From an uncultured Rhodospirillaceae bacterium (GTDB taxonomy: Bacteria; Pseudomonadota; Alphaproteobacteria; Dongiales; Dongiaceae): a stretch of DNA of 64,000 bases. Below are positions 51,841 to 64,000 of this stretch, one piece after another. The notes beneath the pieces were generated by a model, which saw nothing but the letters and a program-made list of their open reading frames with translations, ran no database searches and was not told the origin of the DNA. The stretch spans positions 8,443 to 72,442 of the forward strand of contig CAZIUB010000044.1 in assembly GCA_964542425.1 (NCBI GenBank), read 5' to 3'. The position numbers and the translations under genes are program-made. The stretch's first letter is position 1; every line of letters starts with the position of its first letter.

Positions 51841-53256
51841 ATGCAATCGACCGCGCATCTCTTGACCGACAATGCAAAGCGGGCCCTCGCCGACCAGGAG
51901 TTGCAGCGTGCGCTCGGCCATGTGCGGCGCAACTTCATCGACCGGCGTCAGGCGGCGATCGAGAAATTGCCGGAATTCGAATCCTTGCGCGATCACGCGC
52001 GCGCCATCAAGGATCACGTTCTCTCGCACCTCGACCAGTATCTGCTGCAATTCGAGGCCAAGGTCCTGGAACGTGGCGGCGAGGTGCATTGGTGCGCGAC
52101 ACCCGAAGCGGCCCGAGCCGCGATCCTGGGCATTTGCCGCAAGGCTGGCGCCGCGACCGTGACCAAGGGCAAGACCATGATCGGCGAGGAAATCGCCATC
52201 AACAGCCATTTGGAGGAAAACGGCATTCGCCCGATCGAAACCGATCTCGGCGAATACATCATCCAGCTGCGCGGCGAGACGCCGAGCCATATCATCGCGC
52301 CCGCCGTTCATGTCACCAAGCGCCAGGTCGAGGAAACTTTCCGTGCCCACCATGCCGATCTCGATCCGGCGCGCAATTTGCAGGAGCCGAGCTCGCTTCT
52401 CGCCGAAGCGCGAACCAGGCTGCGCGGGCAATTTCTTGCCGCCGATGTCGGCATCACCGGCGCCAATTTCCTGATCGCCGAAACCGGATCGACCGTGATC
52501 GTCACCAACGAGGGCAACGGCGATCTGACCCAGATGCTGCCGCGCGCCCATATCGTCTTGGCCTCGATCGAGAAGGTGGTGCCTACCCTAGAGGATGCCG
52601 GCACGTTGCTGCGGGTGCTCGCGCGATCGGCGACCGGGCAGGAGATGTCGGTCTACACCACCTTTTCCACTGGACCCAAGCGGCCGACCGATCTTGACGG
52701 TCCGGAGGAGTTCCATGTCGTGCTGCTGGACAACGGGCGCTCAGGCCTGCTCGGCACCGAATTCGAGGATTTGTTGCGCTGCATCCGCTGCGGTGCCTGC
52801 CTCAATCATTGCCCGGTCTATCACGCCATCGGCGGCCACGCCTATGGCTGGGTCTATTCCGGGCCGATCGGCGCGGTGCTGACGCCGGCCCTGATCGGGA
52901 TCGAGCATGCGGCACCCTTGGCCAATGCCTCCTCGCTTTGCGGGCGCTGCGAATCGGTCTGTCCTATGCGGATACCGATTCCCCGCCTGCTGCGCCAATG
53001 GCGCGAACGCGAATGGGCGCGATCGCTGGCGCCCAAGCGTGCCCGCTGGTTGCTGGCGATCTGGCGATGGATGGCGCTTCATCCGGCCTGCTATCGCTCG
53101 GTCACGCGGATTCTTGCCATCACATTGCGACTGCTGGCCGGCGGCAAAGGCCGGTTGCGCAAACTTCCCTTGGCCAAGGCCTGGTGCCAGGATCGCGACT
53201 TGCCGGTGCCGGAGGGCCGCACTTTTCATGACCGTTATCGGAAATCGCGCCGATGA
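51841..53256 (+). CDS. lutB: LutB/YkgF Fe-S protein
   Basis: ETDLGEYIIQL, CIRCGACLNHCP, LCGRCESVCP. Confidence 0.92.
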   Translation: MQSTAHLLTDNAKRALADQELQRALGHVRRNFIDRRQAAIEKLPEFESLRDHARAIKDHVLSHLDQYLLQFEAKVLERGGEVHWCATPEAARAAILGICRKAGAATVTKGKTMIGEEIAINSHLEENGIRPIETDLGEYIIQLRGETPSHIIAPAVHVTKRQVEETFRAHHADLDPARNLQEPSSLLAEARTRLRGQFLAADVGITGANFLIAETGSTVIVTNEGNGDLTQMLPRAHIVLASIEKVVPTLEDAGTLLRVLARSATGQEMSVYTTFSTGPKRPTDLDGPEEFHVVLLDNGRSGLLGTEFEDLLRCIRCGACLNHCPVYHAIGGHAYGWVYSGPIGAVLTPALIGIEHAAPLANASSLCGRCESVCPMRIPIPRLLRQWREREWARSLAPKRARWLLAIWRWMALHPACYRSVTRILAITLRLLAGGKGRLRKLPLAKAWCQDRDLPVPEGRTFHDRYRKSRR

Positions 53257-53897
53257 ACGATCGCGAGAAAATGCTGGGAGCGATCCGCGCGCGTGCGAAA
53301 AAGCTGAGACCCCACCCGGGCATGGGTCCGGTGCCGGCGCGCGGCAAGGTCGAGGGCAAGGCGCGCATCCGCCTTTTCCAATCGATGGCGAGCGAAGCGG
53401 CCGCGACACTCGCCGAAGCCGCCACCATGGCCGATGTTCCCGGGCTGATCGCGCAATATTTGCGCGAAAACAACCTGCCCGCGAGGCTGCGCCTGGCGCC
53501 CGATCCCCGCATCTCGGGCCTCGATTGGGCATCGCAGCCGCTCCTCGAAACCAGTACCGGCGCCAGCGATGGCAATGACCAAGCCTCGGTGACGCCCGCC
53601 TTGGCCGGATTGGCCGAAACCGGCACCCTCGCCCTCGGCTCCTCGCAATTGACGCCTGCCACGCTCAATTTCCTCCCGGAAACGCATATCGTGGTGGTTA
53701 GCGAGAACGAAATCGTCGGCACATTCGAGGAATTGTGGAGCCGCGCCCGAAGGGAAGTGGGGGCCGATTGGCCGCGCAGTCTCAATTTGGTGACCGGCCC
53801 CTCGCGTAGCGCCGACATCGAACAGACCCTGCTCATGGGTGCCCATGGGCCTAAGCGCCTGCACATCATCCTCGTGGCAACTTTCGAAAGATCTTGA
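53253..53897 (+). CDS. lutC: LutC/YkgG (LUD domain) protein
   Basis: AETGT, TGPSRSADIEQTL..GAHGP; stop lies inside repeat A6. Confidence 0.9.
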   Translation: MNDREKMLGAIRARAKKLRPHPGMGPVPARGKVEGKARIRLFQSMASEAAATLAEAATMADVPGLIAQYLRENNLPARLRLAPDPRISGLDWASQPLLETSTGASDGNDQASVTPALAGLAETGTLALGSSQLTPATLNFLPETHIVVVSENEIVGTFEELWSRARREVGADWPRSLNLVTGPSRSADIEQTLLMGAHGPKRLHIILVATFERS

Positions 53898-54020
53898 TCC
53901 ATGAAGCGCGCCGATGCTTCCACGAAAGTCGGGCCCCATGTTACCAATTGATGAGTCGCCCGCCGGGCTGCGCTGGTGGATACCATCGCCGATCCGCCCG
54001 TGTGCGACGGCGGGTACTCT
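53871..54020 (+). repeat. Repeat family A, copy A6
   Basis: CTCGTGGCAACTTTCG...GGCGGGTACTCT, 150 bp; abuts the IS left end. Confidence 0.9.
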
Positions 54021-54024
54021 TAAA

Positions 54025-55675
54025 CCCGCATTTCCCGGATAGGTTCGTTGTTTGATGCAGCGCGGCTATGATTCTGATGTAAGAATCAATGTGTTGACTG
54101 TGCCGGGGACGGCGCCGATGATGAACCCGACGGGTGAATCCGAGAATGAGTCTTTGCGGCTGGATTTCGACCATCGGCTCAAGCTGGATCTCCACGGTTG
54201 CAAGGTCACGTCCGACGCTGGACTGCTTGCTTACCGCGAACTCGATGACGCCCTCGGGTTGACCGGCATGGTCGGCGAGCAACTCGTTGATCCGCGTACG
54301 GGCAAAAACGGCCAGCACACAATGACGGGCTTGTTTCGCCAGTCCGTCTTCGGCCGCCTCGGCGGCTACGAGGACGTGAACGACGCCGACCGGCTGGAAC
54401 GTGATCCGGCGATACGTTGGATTGTCGGCGGTCGCGCCCTGACGATGCAGGCCGCATCCACCAGCCAGATGGGGCGCTTCGAGACAGAGGTGCTGACTCG
54501 GGCCGAGAACCAGGTGGCGCTGGCTGACCTGTCGGGACGCTGGATCGACACCGTGCATAGCCGCCGCCAGGTGAAGGCGGTGGTGCTGGACATGGACAGC
54601 AGCGTCAGCCCCACCTTCGGTGACCAGGAGGGAACCGCCTACAACGGCCACTTCGCCTGTACCTGCTATTACCCGCTGTTCGTGTCTAACCACTTCGGCG
54701 ATCTGGAGCGCTGCGCCCTTTGTCCGGGCAACGTCCACTCGGCCCATGGCTGGCGGGAGGTGTTGGAGCCGGTCGTGGCCCGCTATCGAGGCAGGTTCAA
54801 CCGCCGCTACTTCCAGGCCGATGCCGCCTTTGCGAACCCTGAGGTCCACGAGTTCCTGGAGGCCTAGGGCTTCAAGTACGCGATCCGGCTGCCTGCCAAC
54901 AACGTGTTGCACGACAGCATCGGCTACTTGCTCAAGCGCCCCTTCGGTTGCCCTCCCATCGAGGTCCGGCGGTACTACGCCAGCTTCAGCTATCAGGCCC
55001 AAAGCTGGAAGACGCCGCGCCGCGTGGTGGCGAAGGTCGAGTGGCACCCTGGCGAGTTTTATCCACGCGTCGGCTTCATCGTCACCAACCTGTCACGCCG
55101 GGCCGAGCGCGTCGTCGGCTTCTACAATCAGCGCGGCACGGCGGAGCAGTGGATCAAAGAAGGCAAGAACGCGATGAAGTGGACGCGGCTGTCATGCTGC
55201 TCGTTCGCCGCCAACGCGGTCCGGCTTCAGCTTCATGCGCTGGCGTACAATATCGCCAACTTCATGCGGACGCTGGCGTTGCCCGAGGCAGTCGCGCACT
55301 GGTCGCTGACCAGCCTCAGGGAGAAGCTCGTCAAGATCGGCGCCAGGATCGTCACGCATGCCCGGTACGTCATCTTCCAGATGGCCGAGGTCGCGGTGCC
55401 GAGGGAATTGTTCCAGGGAATCCCGCGGCTCATCGCGGAATTGAAGCCGCCGCCTATCGCGGCGCCAGCGTGAGACGTTCGACGGCCATTCGTACGGAGA
55501 GAAACGACGGGAGAGGTGCGCCTTGATGGCGGAAAATAGAGCCACCAGCGGCCTGGGAAGGCCATGTTTGACGGTCGTGGTAGCAACCGGCCGCCCGCAC
55601 CGTATTCCAGATTGCCGCAGGGAGCCCAAATGGCTACTCTCACACTCGGAACTGGGATTCATCTGGGAATGTCGG
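54025..55675 (+). mobile_element. IS1380-family insertion sequence
   Basis: IRL CCCGCATTTCCCGGAT, IRR ATCTGGGAATGTCGG; IS1380-type transposase inside. Confidence 0.88.
54118..55473 (+). pseudogene. IS1380-family DDE transposase with an in-frame TAG at 54865-54867
   Basis: TSDAGLL, GYEDVNDAD, LDMDS, YNQRGTAEQWIKEGK, ANAVRL; the two ORFs share one frame. Confidence 0.9.
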
Positions 55676-55699
55676 CTCAACCGATCGGCGGATGCGACG

Positions 55700-56707
55700 A
55701 TGAGCACGGATATGCTGCGAAACGAACCCGCACTCGTGCCGCTGGACGCGGCGGAAGTCTATGTCCTCGTCGATAACGTAAGCGATATCGCATCTTCCGT
55801 TCCCGCAGGGGTGACCGACGAAATACCGCTTCTGCTGAAGGCTGGAGCGAAGGAGTTCTCCGGGGAAAACCTCTGCTGCGCCTGCTGGGGGCTGTCGCTG
55901 CTGGTCACCGGGCGGACCGGCGATCGCGTCCATTCGCTGCTGTTCGACGGCGGGCCGGAGGCCTATGCCATCGACCGGAATGTGTCGCGCCTCGGCGTCG
56001 ATCTGGGCCGCGTCGAGGCGGTCGTGCTGTCCCACGGCCATACCGATCACGCAGGGGGGTTGATCGCGGCGTTGCAACGTATCACCCAAGAGAACGGCGG
56101 ACGGCCAGTTCCAGTCCACGTCAACCCCGGCATGTTTGAGCATCGAGGCGAATACAACGCAGACGGGAGCGTACTGCCTTACAAGGACGTGCCGAACCCT
56201 GCCGAGCTACGGCAAGCAGGCGGGCACATCGTGAACGAGAGCGGGGCCAGGCTCCTGCTCGACGATATGTTCTACCTGAGCGGCGAGATCCCGCGGGTGA
56301 CGTCATACGAAAAGGGCTTGCCCGGTCATTTGAAGCAAAATGCCGACGGCAGCGGGTGGGAGCCCGATCCCTGGATCAGGGACGAACGCTTCGTCGCCGT
56401 CAACGTTCGCAATGAAGGCCTCATCGTCTTTTCTGCCTGTTCGCATGCTGGCATCGTAAACGTGCTGACGCACGCCCGGGAGTTGTTCGATCCGGTGCCG
56501 ATCTACGGGGTAATGGGCGGTCTCCACCTTTCAGGTCGAGCGGGCGAGAAAATCATCCCGCAGACGGTCGAAGACCTCCGGGCATTCGATCCCAAGGTGA
56601 TCGTGCCCGGACATTGCACGGGGTGGCGCGCCACACACGCATTGGTAGATGCATTCGGAGACAAAGTCGTCGTGCCGTCCGCGGTGGGACGATTTCATGA
56701 GTTCTGA
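55700..56707 (+). CDS. MBL-fold metallohydrolase (COG1237-like)
   Basis: LSHGHTDHAGG, ACSHAG, GGLHL, PGHCTG. Confidence 0.9.
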   Translation: MSTDMLRNEPALVPLDAAEVYVLVDNVSDIASSVPAGVTDEIPLLLKAGAKEFSGENLCCACWGLSLLVTGRTGDRVHSLLFDGGPEAYAIDRNVSRLGVDLGRVEAVVLSHGHTDHAGGLIAALQRITQENGGRPVPVHVNPGMFEHRGEYNADGSVLPYKDVPNPAELRQAGGHIVNESGARLLLDDMFYLSGEIPRVTSYEKGLPGHLKQNADGSGWEPDPWIRDERFVAVNVRNEGLIVFSACSHAGIVNVLTHARELFDPVPIYGVMGGLHLSGRAGEKIIPQTVEDLRAFDPKVIVPGHCTGWRATHALVDAFGDKVVVPSAVGRFHEF

Positions 56708-56919
56708 TCCCCACGGTGCAGCTTCGGCTGTTTGGTTTGGCACAGAAACAGTCGCATGCGTGGCAAAGAGTCCCGAAGCATCCGCAATGGAGGAAGTCGA
56801 TGCAAGCGTCGGGGCGGCCTTTGGGCCAACGCACGCGACCCGGCCGTCGCTGGATCGCTTGAGAGGTTCGCCCGTACCATCTATTTCGCTACAATGCTCC
56901 CGCAGCGGGAGGTCCCTTC

Positions 56920-57447
56920 TTGCAGCGAGTACAGCGTAAGCTCGCGGCGATCTTGGCCGCCGACGTGGCCAAGTACTCACGGCTGATGGCGACCGACGAG
57001 GCAGGCACGCTAGCGGGGCTCAAGAGGCAGCGTGCCGAGGTGATCGGACCCCAGATCGCCGAGTTCGATGGCCGCATCGTCGGTTCCACCGGCGACAGCC
57101 TGCTTGTCGCGTTCGCAAGCGTTGTCAGCGCGGTCCAGTGCGCGGTTGAGGTGCAAGAGCGGCTGGCAGAGAGCAATTCCGGCTTGCCCGAAGATCAACG
57201 CATGGCTTTTCGCACGGGCGTGAATTTGGGCGACTTGATCGCCGAGGACGGCACGATCCATGGCGACGGCGTGAGTATCGCTGCGCGGCTGGAAAAGCTT
57301 GCGGAGCCTGGCGGTGTGTGCATTGCACGCAGCGTCCACGATCAGGTCAAAGGCAAGCTCGCCTACGCATACGCCGACCTCGGCGTGCAACGGCTCCATA
57401 ACATTCCGGATCCGGTGCGCGCCTTCCAGGTAATCCCGTTTAAATGA
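56920..57447 (+). pseudogene. Class III adenylate/guanylate cyclase domain, probably 3'-truncated
   Basis: RKLAAILAADVAKYSRLM, TGDSLL, GVNLGD, GDGV.IAARL; ends right after the catalytic domain at the TTAAA junction. Confidence 0.75.
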
Positions 57448-58001
57448 CTAGACGCGATCCGACCGACGAAGAATTGGCGCTGTGGCGGCTGATTGCCGCC
57501 GGGGCGCGCCCGCTGAAATCGCGCCGCAAGCGCAAGGCCCCGGCAAAATCCTCGCCCACCGCGCAATCCGCTGGTCCCGCTTCGGCCGGACCCGCGCCCA
57601 GGACGCCGCCAAGATCTTCGCCCAAACCCCAGCCGGCGCCGGGGGCGGAGACCGTGCTTGCCCATGGTCACGCCCCTGGCATGGACCGCCGCCAGGCCGA
57701 TCGTTTCCTCAAGGGCAAGATGACGATCGACGGGCGGCTCGATCTGCATGGCCACACCCAGGCCGAGGCGCATGACCGGCTGCTTGCGTTCCTGCGCCGT
57801 GCCCACGAGCGGGGCGGGCGTTGCATGTTGATCATCACCGGCAAGGGCATGACCGGCGGCACCGCGGGGGTGCTGCGCCAGGCGGTGCCGCGCTGGCTGA
57901 ACGAGCCGGCCTTTCGTCGGCTGGTTCTTGCTTTCGGCCATGCGCGCATGAAGGATGGGGGCGAAGGCGCGCTCTATGTCCTGCTCAAGAGGGCGAAATG
58001 A
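57444..58001 (+). CDS. Smr/MutS2 C-terminal domain protein
   Basis: IDGRLDLHG, IITGKG, GGEGALYVLL. Confidence 0.93.
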   Translation: MTRRDPTDEELALWRLIAAGARPLKSRRKRKAPAKSSPTAQSAGPASAGPAPRTPPRSSPKPQPAPGAETVLAHGHAPGMDRRQADRFLKGKMTIDGRLDLHGHTQAEAHDRLLAFLRRAHERGGRCMLIITGKGMTGGTAGVLRQAVPRWLNEPAFRRLVLAFGHARMKDGGEGALYVLLKRAK

Positions 58002-58369
58002 CCCCATTCGGCGAGAAACTGCGTCGCCTGCGTTCCGATCAGGGCCGCGCGATGAAGGACCTCGCCAGGGCGCTGAAGGTTTCTTCGGCCTATCTCTCGG
58101 CGCTGGAGCACGGCCACCGTGGCAAACCCTCGGCCGGCCTCGTGCAACAAGTCGCCGCCTATTTCAACCTGGCTTGGGACCAGGTCGACGAGTTGCGAAA
58201 CTTGGCGGAGATTTCCGACCCCAAGGTCACTATCGACACCGCCGGACTTTCGCCGCTGGCAACAGAGCTCGCCAATGTTCTGGCGAGCCGCATCGGCGTG
58301 CTGGACGAAGGGGCCCTCTCCGCGTTGCTGGCGGCGTTGCGCGGCCAAGCCAGTACCCGCCGTCGCTGA
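57998..58369 (+). CDS. XRE-family HTH regulator
   Basis: MTPFGEKLRRLR, VSSAYLSALEHG; stop lies inside repeat A7. Confidence 0.9.
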   Translation: MTPFGEKLRRLRSDQGRAMKDLARALKVSSAYLSALEHGHRGKPSAGLVQQVAAYFNLAWDQVDELRNLAEISDPKVTIDTAGLSPLATELANVLASRIGVLDEGALSALLAALRGQASTRRR

Positions 58370-58500
58370 TGGCCGATCCGCCGATATGAGGCCGCGAGAA
58401 TACCCCGGCGGGCGACTCATCATTTGGTAAGATACGGCCCGACTTTCGTGGAGGCTTGGGAGTGTTTCATGGATCCCGTATTTTCGAAAGTTGGTACAGG
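58350..58500 (-). repeat. Repeat family A, copy A7
   Basis: Reverse copy CCAGTACCCGCC...CGAAAGTTGGTACAGG, 151 bp. Confidence 0.9.
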
Positions 58501-58520
58501 GCGATGAAGGTGGGTCGACC

Positions 58521-59033
58521 TTGAAATTGGTGGCGATCGATTTCGAGACCGCGGATCATGGCGCCGACAGCGCGTGCGCCATCGGCTTGGTCGCCATCGA
58601 AGACAATCGGATCGCGAAGACGCGGGCGCTGTTGATCCGCCCGCCGCGTCGCGATTTCCGTTTCACCCACATCCACGGCATCACCTGGAATGACGTGCGG
58701 CGACGGCCTGGTTTTGCCCAATCCTGGCCGAAGATCGCCGAACTCCTGTCCGGCGCCGATTATCTGCTGGCGCATAACGCCGGCTTCGATCGGGGCGTTC
58801 TGCGCGCCTGCTGCGCTGCCTCCGGGATCGCCGACCCGGGTCTGCCTTTCGTTTGCACCGTACGGCTCGCGCGGGCGGCCTGGAACGTCCGCCCGACCCG
58901 ATTGCCCGATGTTTGCCGGCACCTCGCCATTCCGCTGCGCCACCACGAGGCACTCTCGGATGCCCGCGCCTGCGCCGAGATCGCGCTGGCGGCCATGGCC
59001 GACGGTATTGGCCTGGAGAGCGCGCGGATCTAG
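58521..59033 (+). CDS. DEDDh 3'-5' exonuclease (DnaQ-like)
   Basis: AIDFETA, AHNAGFD, HHEALSDA. Confidence 0.92.
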   Translation: MKLVAIDFETADHGADSACAIGLVAIEDNRIAKTRALLIRPPRRDFRFTHIHGITWNDVRRRPGFAQSWPKIAELLSGADYLLAHNAGFDRGVLRACCAASGIADPGLPFVCTVRLARAAWNVRPTRLPDVCRHLAIPLRHHEALSDARACAEIALAAMADGIGLESARI

Positions 59034-59239
59034 AGCGCTGTAGAATAGCCCCTTGTCGACCGGATGACGGAGTGATTCAACCCCAGAGGCAGCGGCACAT
59101 AATTCGACGGAGGGGGCGTCCGGCGATCGCGCTATTGTTCAGCTGGTTGGTGGTTCTTGGCATCGACAACGAAGTCTGGACCATCCGGTATTGTCGAAGA
59201 ACCGCGCCGGCTACATCCCCGAAAAGTGCTTCGCCACGT

Positions 59240-59755
59240 TCAGTCGGCCCATTTTGTCGAAAACTTGAGAGCGCGGGTCATTCCAAAGGTATCACAGCAC
59301 TGGACGCCCAACTTCTTGCAAACGTCCGGGATGCGTGAGTTTTGCCGTCTCTGACCGGGCTTTGAGGCTTCCGTTGTGACGACATATCGGTTGGCTGGTT
59401 CAGCCAACGCGTAGCCGATTAGAAACGGGTCGCGGCCAATTTGTTCGATCTCCTGGTCGGTGAGATCCGGCGCGTAGCCCTCTTGCAAGATTCTGGCAAC
59501 TAGTTTTCGATCGACTTCCTCGCCCGTCATAAGGATTGCAGCCTTGTTGTGATCGTCCTTGATCCACGAGTAGAGAGGATCGTCCTCGCCGTCTTTACTG
59601 CCGTCTTTCACTTCTTCGAACGTCTCAATAGGCATTTTGACGTTCCCGGCTTTTCCCTGATTTGCCAGCCAGGACCAAAACTCCGGGACGGTATCGACAC
59701 CATAGTACTGGTTGTTGGCGGTAATCAGCACATTGGCATCGAGGAGATACAGCAC
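59240..59755 (-). CDS. DUF4411-family PIN-like protein
   Basis: YLLDANVLI, FWSWL, DPFLIGYA, VVTTE, IPDVC. Confidence 0.85.
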   Translation of the reverse strand: MLYLLDANVLITANNQYYGVDTVPEFWSWLANQGKAGNVKMPIETFEEVKDGSKDGEDDPLYSWIKDDHNKAAILMTGEEVDRKLVARILQEGYAPDLTDQEIEQIGRDPFLIGYALAEPANRYVVTTEASKPGQRRQNSRIPDVCKKLGVQCCDTFGMTRALKFSTKWAD

Positions 59756-59756
59756 T

Positions 59757-60956
59757 CTAAGCGACCTTGACTTGCAAGGCCGCGCTACGCAGCAGGGAGC
59801 CGATGTTCCGGGGCTTCACGCCAAGGACTTTTCCTGCCTTTGTAGGCGTCATGGCACCCTCGCTCATGGTACGAGCAACGAAGTGCAGGAGTGCAGAGCC
59901 CAGTCGGTGCCGCCGCACGACGTAATAGTTTGGTCCGCCATCAGCCTGCCGCTCGCGAGAGCGGTGCGCCGCCCTCATTTCGAACCATTCATTGCGGAAT
60001 CGATCTTTGAGTTTCCGCCAATTGGCCTCGGTAAGGATTCCTTCTCGGAACAGCCGGTATGCCACCATGGAGCGGCTCAGCAGCCGCTCTTGCGCGAAGA
60101 TATTGATCCGCATAGCGGCGATCTCGGGCGACATGTCCCGCGTCACACCGGCTTCAGGCAGCTCGTTTCCGTGAAGAAGGAAATTGCTGGCGACATCATT
60201 GCAAAAACGCTCGACCTGAACGTCCGCGAACGCACCGCTGATCCCTGTGGTGCCCAACCATAGGTGCGCCAGCTCGTGCAGCAGCGAGAACGACCAAGCG
60301 GATTTAGAGTCTTGATCGTTAATTACTATAAAGGGTGCGATCGGGTCCGCCAAAGCGAACCCGCGAAAAGCTGATGCGTCAATGGCAGTGTGATGGCTAC
60401 CGAGGTTACCGATGAGCAAGACGAAGACGCCGAGGCGTTCGACCCGATCCCGCAAAAGCGTGAACGCGTTCTCTGGCTTCCCTTGGGCCCGGAACTCGGC
60501 CAGATCCAATTGCAAAGCTTTCCGTAATTCGGCCAGGGCGCTCCCGGCCCCGTCCGCCATGGCCATTGATCCGACGAATGCGATTGGTTGTGCGTCTTCG
60601 TCGGCCTCTATGACACTTCGAACCATCGCCTGGCGGGCCCGAATGTCGCGGACCAACGCATCAACGAGAGGTTCGGCAATTGTATTGCGCTCGGGGGCGG
60701 GCCTGAAATCCTCACCTCTATCCCCTCGCGGCGGCGGTGCATCCATGTAAAAAGTGACGAGAGGCCTGTGATAGAGTTTGGCCATCTTTAACAGCAAGGG
60801 ACGGCCTACCGGTTCACCGTCCTCGAGTTTCTTCAATCGCTCAGGGCCAGGAATACCCCTCGCTTCTCGAATGCAGAGCTTGCCTGCGGCGGCCTCGATC
60901 GTGAGGCCGGCGGTTTCTCTCGCCCAAGTGAGTATCCTCGGTTGGACAATTGGCAT
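59757..60956 (-). CDS. XRE-HTH fused ImmA/IrrE metallopeptidase
   Basis: N-terminal HTH (LTWARETAGL), FRGFAL, HELAH zinc motif. Confidence 0.88.
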   Translation of the reverse strand: MPIVQPRILTWARETAGLTIEAAAGKLCIREARGIPGPERLKKLEDGEPVGRPLLLKMAKLYHRPLVTFYMDAPPPRGDRGEDFRPAPERNTIAEPLVDALVRDIRARQAMVRSVIEADEDAQPIAFVGSMAMADGAGSALAELRKALQLDLAEFRAQGKPENAFTLLRDRVERLGVFVLLIGNLGSHHTAIDASAFRGFALADPIAPFIVINDQDSKSAWSFSLLHELAHLWLGTTGISGAFADVQVERFCNDVASNFLLHGNELPEAGVTRDMSPEIAAMRINIFAQERLLSRSMVAYRLFREGILTEANWRKLKDRFRNEWFEMRAAHRSRERQADGGPNYYVVRRHRLGSALLHFVARTMSEGAMTPTKAGKVLGVKPRNIGSLLRSAALQVKVA

Positions 60957-61168
60957 CCGCTGAATCTGACACAGGACAATCGGACCGGCGAGCCCTTTGT
61001 ATCAAAGGCACCCCTTGCTGCCAAAGGCTGACAGCGCCCGGCATGGCGCCTCGGCAACCCGATCCGGCGCAGCAATCACCAGAAGCCTCAAATCGAAAGC
61101 CGCTTCAAGAGCAGCAACCGAGCCAAAACGACAAGCAACTCCGATGACACCCACAATTCAACAGCCAG

Positions 61169-63886
<2,718 letters not shown>

Positions 63887-64000
63887 TTTGTTCTCTCCCT
63901 TGTTCCAATGGCCGGCGGCACCCGGCGAAGGGACGCCGATTCGGGGGTAAAATTCGCGAGGACGAACATATAACATGATCGATTCCCGAGGGTAACAGGA

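Noticed and set aside
54865..54867. Programmed readthrough or pyrrolysine at the transposase TAG
   Set aside because: Most simply a GAG to TAG nonsense change (EAEG context); no recoding signal seen.
55700..56707. Mobilised metallo-beta-lactamase resistance gene
   Set aside because: Motifs fit the cytoplasmic COG1237-type hydrolases; no signal peptide or B1-B3 beta-lactamase signature.

Overview
GC-rich alphaproteobacterial chromosome segment (Rhodospirillales-like gene content and order). Mostly housekeeping blocks: rimP-nusA-infB-rbfA-truB-rpsO-pnp; moeB-cysK-rrf2-dut-coaBC-ubiB-ubiE-mutM; secB-fxsA / tim44-mltA-smr; htpG; acnA; tRNA-Arg(CCT). Three things stand out. (1) At least 13 short, hairpin-rich MITE/RPE-like elements from four families, all bounded by CTAG-like tetranucleotides. 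Ten of the 12 well-bounded copies add a multiple of 3 bp. Two sit in-frame inside signal peptides (an SH3-domain protein and MltA), and others supply or displace stop codons (rimP, lutC, an XRE gene, DUF1674). (2) An IS1380-family element appears to have moved as an ISEcp1-style transposition unit (TTAAA duplication at 54020/57440), carrying an MBL-fold gene and a truncated adenylate cyclase. (3) A putative variant histamine/imidazoleacetate catabolic operon: HpaB-like monooxygenase, RidA, DUF1028 and a histamine-dehydrogenase-like flavoenzyme. Also present: vapBC, Irr-Rbr-RFO-DUF3501, lutABC and an XRE-IrrE/DUF4411 pair. All calls come from reading motifs by eye; no searches were run.
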